NCBI RefSeq assembly: GCF_006345805.1
Contig: NC_043011.1
Coordinates: 54,076,464-54,140,463 of the forward strand
Direction: 5' to 3'
Length of the DNA stretch: 64,000 bases
Source of the DNA: Octopus sinensis
Taxonomy: Eukaryota
Every line of letters starts with the position of its first letter. Position 1 is the first letter of the stretch. The translations under genes were made by a program, and so were the position numbers. The notes under the pieces were generated by a model. It was not told where the DNA came from, searched no databases, and was given only the letters and a program-made list of their open reading frames with translations. Positions 52,005 through 61,985 of this stretch are shown piece after piece.

Positions 52005-52244
52005 CGAGCGCGCCTGTGCGTTTACAGTGCTGTTATTATTGAATTTTTCTCACCAGGTGGTTCGCGATCGCTAGTAAATCACTGACATTGATTGTTCTAA
52101 TTTAAACCTACAGCTTCATAATCAGCTCGGGGTTATCTCTCTTCGGCATCTCCTCTTGAGGAAGGCCGAGGAGATAGGAAAGCATCTAGGAGTCCGTAAG
52201 AAGACACTGAAAAATAGGTAAGTTGTTTTCTCACGTTTTCACAC

Positions 52245-52521
52245 AATATCCCCACTCAGCCTTAAACGGTATCTCCAGACCATGATTTCTGGGATATTCT
52301 CTTCACTGGCCAGAGTAATCGTTGGCTCGAGGTGGCATCACTAGGTCTAGTTCAAGGTATATACTTTTAAAGTGACACAGAGTCACTGTTCTCGTAAAAG
52401 TATATATTTCGAACAAGACTTAGTGCTGCCAGCTCGAGCTAACGGTTATCCTGTGCCGATGAAGGGAAATATCTCAGAAACCATGGTCTGCAGGTTCCGT
52501 TTAAGGCTGAATGGGGACATT
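52245..52521. repeat. Diverged 277-bp foldback (MITE-like)
   Basis: Arms pair along almost the whole length; centre agtgac-acaga-gtcact. Confidence 0.75.
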
Positions 52522-52802
52522 AGCTCCCTTGTTCGAGGTATAAGGGCGGAGTTGTGCGTCATGGAAAAGAAGTTGTCCTGGGGTTAAAAAATGTAGTACT
52601 GCCAATTTACGTTGGCAAATAGATTTTTAATACACACACACACAAATATAATATATATACTAATAAAAAGGGTTCAGCAAAGAATTGCCTCACCACACAC
52701 CGAAGTTCAGAAATAGCAGCCCAAAATCTTAGCCATTTCTTCTACTTTAAAAAGAGTCTTCAAGAGAAGCCAAAATACTTCTCTATATTTATATATAAAA
52801 GA

Positions 52803-53098
52803 GGGTAAAGACCCCTTCGGTCATGAATGACCATGGGATTGCACCTAGAAAGTTACCCTCCTAGACACAAGTCCGGGCAAGGTTGTTTATGGAAGACCAA
52901 CAGTCGCCCATGCATACCAGCCTCCCCTCTCCACGCCACCAGTGTTATCCAAGGAAAGACAAAGGTCGGTACAGCTTCGCACCAGTGACGTCGCAACTCA
53001 TTTCTACAGCTGAGTGAACTGGATACGTGAAACTAAGTGCCTTGCTCAAGAACACAACACGCAGACCGGTCCGGGATTCGAGCTCACAACCTCACGAT
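52803..53098 (-). mobile_element. SINE family D, head truncated by (TA)n
   Basis: Homologous to 2946-3292. Confidence 0.8.
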
Positions 53099-53107
53099 TT
53101 ATATATA

Positions 53108-53156
<49 letters not shown>

Positions 53157-53182
53157 TATATGTATACGTATATATATGTGTA

Positions 53183-53214
<32 letters not shown>

Positions 53215-53251
53215 ATGTATGTATATATATATATATGTATATATGTATGTA

Positions 53252-53292
<41 letters not shown>

Positions 53293-53545
53293 GTGTTATA
53301 TGTATATATATATATATTGACAATAATAAATCTCTGAGCTGATATAAACAGACTCTGCTCTATAACATAAGGGGAATCACCCATCTGAATGTGGCTAGGG
53401 ACAGGGCGGGGTAGTGGGGTGTTACTGATGCATTTGGGGCTAAATACATCAGTAACACCCCCACTACCCCGCCCTGTCCCTAGCCACATTCAGATGGCTG
53501 ATCCCCCTTATGTTATATATTATGTATATATATATATATATGTAT

Positions 53546-53604
<59 letters not shown>

Positions 53605-53729
53605 ATATAGTATATATATATATAATATATGTATGTATATATATATATATATATATATAACAAATATATACATACAGATATATATATATATGTTTATATT
53701 ATACGTATATATATATGTATATGTATATC

Positions 53730-53760
<31 letters not shown>

Positions 53761-53859
53761 ATATATATACATATAAACATATATATATAATAATATATAT
53801 ATATGTATATGTATATATAGATGTATATATATGTGTATATATATACATATATATATATC

Positions 53860-53892
<33 letters not shown>

Positions 53893-53917
53893 ATATATGT
53901 ATATATATATGTATAAT

Positions 53918-53950
<33 letters not shown>

Positions 53951-54005
53951 TATATATATAGATATATAATTATATGTGTGTATGTATATATATATATATA
54001 TATAT
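53099..54005. repeat. Long (TA)n field containing a GC-rich hairpin
   Basis: Directly visible. Confidence 0.9.
53361..53517. repeat. GC-rich hairpin with 70-bp arms
   Basis: Arms differ by 2 substitutions and 1 indel; the stem continues nearly to a 6-nt loop ggggct. Confidence 0.9.
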
Positions 54006-54063
54006 ACCGACCCTTCTGACGATGCTTCGGCCTAAAGCTGAAAACCGTACGGTAACGGGGTAT
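54004..54063 (+). ncRNA. Type I hammerhead-ribozyme-like motif
   Basis: CTGACGA (54016-22); stem II GCTT/AAGC; GAAA(A); palindromic stem III ACCGTACGGT; GTA triplet; stem I ATACC/GGTAT with CC/GG and a bulge. Two deviations from consensus. Confidence 0.45.
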
Positions 54064-54323
54064 CACGATTGCCATTTTCCGGCCATCTACGGTCGCTGCC
54101 AGCATGTATGTGTAGAATCTTATGCGCTTATGCTCTTATTTTCAGCTCTTATTTCTAGAGGTGTAGGTATCCTAAAATCCTCAGTCACATTTAATGACGT
54201 TTATTGCTTTCCGTTTTGGTGAAAGGAGAAATGAAAAATGTCCTAAAGGACTAAACAGAGGAGAAAGGCAGAGCGAGGAACCCATACATAAATGCCTACA
54301 TGTATACATACATAATATATATA

Positions 54324-54709
54324 GAGGAAGCACTCCATCGGTTACGACGACGAGGGTTCCGGTTGATCCGAATCAACAGAACAGCCTGCTCGTGAAATTA
54401 ACGTGTAAGTGGCTGAGCACTCCACAGACACGAGTACCCTTAACGTAGTTCTCGGGGATATTCAGCGTGACACAGAGAGTGACAAGGCCGGCCCTTTGAG
54501 ATACAGGTACAACAGAAACAGGAAGTAAGAGTGAGAGAAAGTTGTGGTGGAAGAGTACAGTAGGGATCACCACTATCCCCTGCCGGAGCCTCGTGGAACT
54601 TTAGGTGTTTTCGCTCAATAAATACTCACAACGCCCGGTCTGGGAATCGAAACCGCGATCCTACGACCGCGAGTCCGCTGCCCTAACCACTGGGCCATTG
54701 CGCCTCCAC
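54324..54709 (-). mobile_element. SINE family C
   Basis: TSD acataatatatata at 54310-54323 and 54710-54723. Confidence 0.9.
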
Positions 54710-54883
54710 ACATAATATATATATGTATGCATATAGATATATGTGTGTGTGTGTATTCGCACACAGACATACACGCATCTGAAAAGAGGCACATTCTGCA
54801 TAGGATATTATAAAATTTAGAAAATAATCCATTGCACGAAATGAGCTTCTTTTGATCAAAATAATCTTTTATTTAATTATTTA

Positions 54884-56151
54884 TTGGGTAGACAACTAAA
54901 TTCCTGCCGTTTTTATAAAATTTTAGAATTTATTGGGTTTTTAAATTTTGGAATCTATTTTTTGTTTTTTCCGAGAATTCTATTTTTTAATCATTTTGGA
55001 ATCTGTTTTTTTTTCTCTAGTTAATTTTAGTTAATTTTTGTTTATTTTCAGATCATTAAAATGGAATGTTAAGTTAAGAAAAACGTGCATTTTCGACACC
55101 GCCTTCTTTTTGCTTTTGATCAAGGTTCTAAGGCCGGAAAAGCTGCTCGTGACATTTGTACTGCGTATGGAGAGGGTGCCATAGCTCAAAGAACCGCTTG
55201 TGATTGGTATGCCAAGTTCAAAAATGGAAATTTTGACCTCCAAGACGCTCCTCGTTCTGGCCACCCAGTGAGTTCGATGAAGAGCGATTAAACCAACTTT
55301 TGCACACGAAATTCTCGTCAAACGACAAGGGAACTGGCAGAGAAATGGAATGCTCCCCCACTGCTATAGAAAGCATCTTCACTCGATGGGAAAGGTTTAG
55401 AAGTATGGAGCATGGGTTCCACATGCTTTAAGTAACAACAACAAAAATCAATGAGGCACAATCTCCGCTGATTTGCTTGTTCGTCACCGCTCAACTCATG
55501 GACACAAGCAACAGTTTCTTTACTGAATCGTTACTGGCGACGAAAAATGGTGCCTGTACATCAATATAAAACAGCGCAAGGAATGGCTTAGCCCCGGAAT
55601 GACAAGCGACACCACGTGTGAAACATCTTCATCCGTGTAAAATGATGTTGTCTGTATGGTCGGACAGGGAAGGGATTATCCATTACGAATTGCTTGAACG
55701 GAACCAAATGTTCAACAGATGGAACGACTCAACACGGCTAATCAAGAGAAAAGACCTAATCGGCAGCATGGAGTTCTTCTGCCGCACGACAACGCCCGCC
55801 CTCATATCGCCAATATGACCAAGGAAGCCATTCAAACGCATGGCTGGGAAGTGCTGCCACACCCGCCGTGCTCTCCTGGTTTGGCATCAACGGATTTCCA
55901 CCTCTTTCGATCTCTTTCAAATGCTATGCGCGGAATTTCGTTCAATACTGACGCAGAATTGAGAGCTTGGTTAGATCAATTTTTCGAGACGAAATCGGGT
56001 GATTTCTACCAACGAGGTGTTGATAATTTTGTTGAACGTTGGGAAGAAGTTGTAAACAACAAGGGCGAATACATTGATCAATTAATTGTAATTTTTTATT
56101 GGACCTTTTAACAAATTTTAAAAAACGGTGGGAACTTAGTTGCCAACCTAA
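54884..56151 (+). mobile_element. Full-length (1268-bp) mariner transposon
   Basis: TA flanks; TIRs ttgggtagacaactaaattcctgccgtttt and (reverse complement) ttaggttggcaactaagttcccaccgtttt; complete but disrupted transposase. Confidence 0.9.
55061..56079 (+). pseudogene. Mariner transposase (D,D34D-type) with stops and frameshifts
   Basis: HFRH...PRSGHP, WVPHAL, VTGDEKW, HDNARPH, HPPCSPGLASTDFHLF, ERWEEVVNNKGEY. Confidence 0.9.
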
Positions 56152-56393
56152 TATTTTAGAGCATGTGGAGGGGAGCGTTTTCAAAACACGATTCCATGAA
56201 AGGGGAGTTTGGCTGCAAATGGCCATAGCCCACAGCATGTAAAGCGACAAGTCTGTTATATCAAAGTATTGCATTATTTGTTGTTCACCGTCACCGCGGG
56301 TTCGGTTTTTTTTCTTTCTTGTATATAGTCCTCCAAGTCTTGTTCTTTTTCTTTCAATCATAATGTTGAATTCTAATACTTCAGACCGTTTAC

Positions 56394-57179
56394 TATTTCT
56401 TTATTACCCCAAGGAGCTAAACACAGAGGGGACAAACAAGGACAGACATAGGTATAAGTCGATTACATCGACCCCAGTGCGTAACTGGTACTTAATTTAT
56501 CGACCCCGAAAGGATGAAAGGCAAAGTCGACCTCGGCGGAATTGATCTCAGAACGTAACGGCAGACGAAATACCTATTTCTTTATTACCACAAGGGGCTA
56601 AACACAGAGGGGACAACAGGACAGACATAGGTATTAAGTCGATTACATAGACCCCAGTGCGTAACTGGTACTTAATTTATCGACCCCGAAAGGATGAAAG
56701 GCAAAGTCGACCTCGGAGGAATTCGGAATGAATACAGAACGTAACGGCAGACGAAATACCTATTTCTTTATTACCCACAAGGGGCCAAACACAGAGGGGA
56801 CAAACAAGGACAGACATAGGTATTAAGTCGATTACATCGACCTCAGTGCGTAACTGGTACTTAATTTATCGACCCCGAAAGGATGAAAGGCAAAGTCGAC
56901 CTCGGCGGAATTTGAACTCAGAACGTAACGGCAGACGAAATACCTATTTCTTTATTACCCACAAGGGGCCAAACAGAGGGGACAAACAAGGACAGACATA
57001 GGTATTAAGTCGATTACATCGACCCCAGTGCGTAACTGGTACTTATTTAATCGACCCCGAAAGGATGAAAGGCAAAGTCGACCTCGGCGGAATTTGAACT
57101 CAGAACGTAGCGGCAGACGAAATATGGCTACGCATTTCGCCCGGCGTTGCTAACGTTTCTGCCAGCTTGCCGCCTTATT
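56394..57179 (-). mobile_element. Concatemeric SINE B2: one head plus 4 tandem bodies
   Basis: Unit boundaries at 56394, 56575, 56761 and 56945; TSD cttcagaccgtttac at 56379-56393 and 57180-57194. Confidence 0.9.
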
Positions 57180-57847
57180 CTTCAGACCGTTTACCATCAC
57201 ATGTTGACATGCTTTTCTTACATTTCCTGCCATTTGACGATGCAAGTATGTGATCTGTTGAGGACGCTGGGACACTTAAGATTTTTTGATTTTAGGCATT
57301 TCAAACCAATCCCAAATGTGTCTAAGGAATTGTAAAGCAACGTGATGTTTTTGTGCTTAGTTTATTTACACTTTAGTTCTAAAAACAATCCTTTTCATAA
57401 CACATACATACGCTCTCTCACGCTCATACCCACAGCTGCACGCTTATACTCACACACACATAGATACACACATAAAATCTCACATAAACATACGCCCAAG
57501 TGTTTCGGAAAGTAGAATACCAATTCCATAGATATTTTATTGTATGTTCAGGAGAATGTTTGTGGGATTGATTTTGTAATTCTGTCAATTGCATGCATAT
57601 CATTGGAGGCAGATCTTTTTACAGTTGGGTGCCCATCCTACTGCTAACCACTCAACTGTGAAATAGGAGTGGTAATGGCTTTCAGCTAGCAAACATGAAT
57701 ATGCATTCAAACTTCCACCCTTCTTGTCACTCCCCCCACTCATTTCTACATACATACGGATACACACACAGACAGGTGCACGCACACAGCCACACACATA
57801 CACATATACTATATATGTGTATATGTGGGTATGCAGTAAAGTATGCG

Positions 57848-57878
<31 letters not shown>

Positions 57879-57914
57879 ATACACACACACACACGCACAC
57901 ACGCACACACACAT

Positions 57915-57952
<38 letters not shown>

Positions 57953-58240
57953 GTAAATATATGTATGTATACTTGAATGCATACGTGCATAGAAACATGC
58001 AAGTATGTAGAAATACGTATATACCCAGATGCATAGATAAATACACGCGTGCATATATAGATAAATACATATAGAAAACATATACATTCAAACAAACATA
58101 TACGCATACATGTATACTTACACACATAGACTGATACATATAAACATACACACTTGCAGAAATGCCTTCATGTATACATACATACATACATAATATGTGC
58201 AGGCATACATGGATATTTCCTAACAGACATTCATAGCTAT

Positions 58241-58623
58241 GTGGAAGCACTCCGTCGGTTACGACGATGAGGGTTCCGGTTGATCCGAATCAACGGAACA
58301 GCCTGCTCGTGAAATTAACGTGTAAGTGGCTGAGCACTCCACAGACACGTGTACCCTTAACGTAGTTCTCGGGGATATTCAGCGTGACACAGAGAGTGAC
58401 AAGGCCGGCCCTTGAAATACAGGTACAACAGAAACAGAAGTAAGAGTGAGAAAAGTGTGGTGAAAGAGTACAGCAGGGATCACCACCATCCCCTGCCGGA
58501 GCCTCGTGGAGCTTTTAGGTGTTTTCGCTCAATAAACACTCACAACGCCCGGTCTGGGAATCGAAACCGTGATCCTACGGCCGCGAGTCCGCTGCCCTAA
58601 CCACTGGGCCATTGCGCCTCCAC
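58241..58623 (-). mobile_element. SINE family C
   Basis: TSD ttcatagctat at 58230-58240 and 58624-58634. Confidence 0.9.
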
Positions 58624-58962
58624 TTCATAGCTATGTACACGTGCGCTCACATGTGTGTGATCGAACGCTTGCTCGCTCGGCGGGGAGATGAATCGCGGCT
58701 TTCTCTAGCGGTCGAGCGTCATTGACAAGACTAAAGAAGGTCGAAATCACATGATCTGCTGGTCTTAGCACTAGGGGTGGCGAGAATTTATCTACCCGCT
58801 AATCATATAAATAAGGGTGCATTTAGCTTCGAAAGCTAATAATAAAGTTTCTCTCAGGGTAACTACTGCAGTATAGTTTGTTCGAACAGAACATCCACAT
58901 TTGAGTAGGAATCAAAATTACATATGGATGTATTTTCAATGAAATCCTTCAGGAGAAGTTTA

Positions 58963-59242
58963 CAGTAATCACTCACGATATCGCGGTTCACCTATCGCGG
59001 TTCAACTACCGCGTTTCACTTATCGCGGTTCACCTACCGCGTTTCACTTATCGCGGTTTATTATTTAAGCTTACGTTGATTCCGTATTGGTGTTGTTTTG
59101 CATTTATAATAAAATATATATATACGAATTATAAAAATAATTTAAAAACATTATATAGTACAGTACTGTTTCTGCTTCGCGGATTTTCACCTATCCCGAG
59201 GTGTTTTGGAACGTAACACCCGCGATAGTCGAGGGATTACTG
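58963..59242. mobile_element. pogo/Tigger-like MITE
   Basis: TA|cagtaatcactcacgatatcgcgg ... ccgcgatagtcgagggattactg|CA; about five internal tcacctatcgcggt repeats. Confidence 0.7.
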
Positions 59243-60040
59243 CATTTTGTTTTCAACACTTATGAAATATTTGTAGTAGACAAATACTGCATCGAACGCA
59301 CACACACAAACATACACGCACACGCACACGCACACACACACACACTTTGCTGGCAATAAAGGTGGGAAGAAAAATTTCACAATGAGTGTCGAAAGAGTAG
59401 AATTTAAGATATTTTTTTCTTTTCCTTGGTAATTTTGATTAGAGAAACGGCATAAAAATCATAAAACACCCACATACGCTCTATGCTTTTGACAAACAAT
59501 GTATTTGTGTATGTATGTATGTATGTATGTATGTATGTATGTATGTATGGATGGATGGATGTAAGTATGTATGTATGTATGTATGTATGTATGTATGTAT
59601 GTATGTATGTATGTATGTATGTACGTATGCGTACGATTTAATGAAGACAAAAAAATTGCTTCAAAAGTTTCGTTTATCTTTCTTTATTCATGAAACTTTC
59701 TGGATTTATCTTTCATTAGCTAGACTTTTAGAAAATATTCTGTTTTAGAAAAAAATATGAAAAAAAAACGATATATATGATATAATATAATATAACATTA
59801 TATTATATTATATATATATTTATAGCATAGAATAATTTACATTAAATCGACAGCATCAGCAACTGGAGGAGTAATAGTTATCTGCTGTCGTCTGCAAATG
59901 TTTGATTACGATTGTCGTTCAGTAGTTCATACTTCAATGTTTGTTATTACGTTTACATGTCCCCTCGGCAGACATATTACTATTGTTATGATCAGAATAC
60001 ACTGATGTGACAATGTTGAATATAGGTAGAACTACATGTA

Positions 60041-60102
<62 letters not shown>

Positions 60103-60190
60103 CGTGTGTGTGTTTGTGTTTGTACGTGTATATGTATGCAAGTATATATGTAGATAAGTAGGTAAGAAGGTAGGTTGGTTGGTAGATAGA

Positions 60191-60546
60191 TTTGTAGATA
60201 GATAGAAATTCCGCCGAGGTCGACTTTGCCTTTCATCCTTTCGGGGTCGATTAAATAAGTACCAGTTACGCACTGGGGTCAATATAATCGACCTAATCCG
60301 TTTGTCTGTCTTTGTTTGTCCTCTCTGTGTTTAGCCCCTTGTGGGTAGTAAAGAAATAGGTAGATATATTTGTAGATAGATAGAAATTCCGCCGAGGTCG
60401 ACTTTGCCTTTCATCCTTTCGGGGTCGATTAAATAAGTACCAGTTACGCACTGGGGTCGATATAATCGACTTAATCCGTTTGTCTGTCCTTGTTTGTCCT
60501 CTCTGTGTTTAGCCCCTAGTGGGTAGTAAAGAAATAGGTAGATATA
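60191..60546 (+). repeat. 178-bp tandem duplication of a headless B2 body plus flanking DNA
   Basis: tttgtag recurs at 60191, 60369 and 60547. Confidence 0.85.
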
Positions 60547-60664
60547 TTTGTAGCTAGGTGCGTGAGTAAGAAGTATGTATGTGGGTGGTAGGTATGTAGT
60601 TACGGTAGTACGTATATGTATGTATGTTTGTATGTTTATATGAATGCCTGGATGTTTGTATGAC

Positions 60665-60705
<41 letters not shown>

Positions 60706-60823
60706 CTGCACGTGTCTTTGTATATGCGCATTCGTAAGCATGCGTTAGCATATTTGTATGTATGCATATACACTTACATGTAAATGTTATACACATGTAT
60801 AATACACACACACACCACACTAC

Positions 60824-60935
<112 letters not shown>

Positions 60936-60984
60936 AATGTATATGTATACATACCCCAAATACACAGTGTCATACACACACATA

Positions 60985-61985
60985 TTGAATCATTCCATTA
61001 ACAATGCGGTTTTTCTTATACTTCTTTTATTTTTCAAAATTAAGAAAAAAATTTGTTTCTTAATCTAAAATATACTCTCCTTCATTTCCTACAAAGCTCT
61101 TCCATCTATCTGGTAGACGTGCAAGGCCCCCTCTTCCAAAATTCAGTTGTCCGTGACGTAAAATGCTCCTCCGGCAGTGTTCTGACCTCGTCTACAGAAT
61201 TCATATTTTTTTCCGTCCAGATGATTTTGAAGACTGTGGAATAAATGATAATCAGGTGGGGCGCCTGGCGAATATAGTGAGTAGGGCATCGTTTCCCATT
61301 CAAACTGTTCCAGCCTTTGGAATGTCATCCCCGCTATATGTGACTGAGCATTATCCTGATGGAAAAACACCTTTCGTCTTGAAACCAAAGATGGTCTTGT
61401 CTCTTCTAGCGTTGACTTAAGCTGCAAAAGCAGCTCGCAGTAGATCTCCTTTCTTATCATTTGGTTTGGGTTTAAATGTTCAAAAACCTTTCATATCCCA
61501 CAAAGTAGATAACAACATCTTACGCGGATGAAGACCTTTAGCCTGGGGTACTGGTGTTTCTCCTTTCCCTACCCACTGTTTTCGGCGCTTGACATTTTTA
61601 TAGAGAACCCATTACTCGTCACCAGTCACTATTCGGTCTTAAAAAGGTTCATCCGTAAAACGTGACAGCTAAGAAGAGCACACATTCACTCTCTGCGCGC
61701 GTTTAGACTCGGAAAGTTTGTGAGGAACCCACTGACCCAATTTACTGAATTTTCCGATGGCACGCATGTGTCGGTGAATGGTTGAATGACTAAATCCAAG
61801 CTTCTTTGCTAGTTCCTCAACAGTTACGATGGGATTTTGTTCCACCAGGGTTTGCAGAAAGTCTTCGTCGAGCTCTACAGATCTTCCAGGACGAGGCTCA
61901 TCTTCTAGGCTGTAGTTTCCGGCTCGGAATTTCTGGAACTACCGTATTCATGACAGCAGAACCCTTCGTGATGCTTTCATTCCCT
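60985..61985 (-). mobile_element. Mariner (second family) lacking its 5' end
   Basis: TA|ttgaatcattccattaacaatgcggttttt TIR; WVPHKL, IVTGDE, HQDNA, DYHLFHSLQNHL. Confidence 0.85.

Noticed and set aside
58545-58623. tRNA genes at SINE heads
   Set aside because: A and B boxes are present but each continues into a SINE body with TSDs; no complete cloverleaf with a terminator.
59880-59900. FADDS motif on the minus strand as an RT remnant
   Set aside because: Isolated five-residue match with stops nearby and no other RT motifs.
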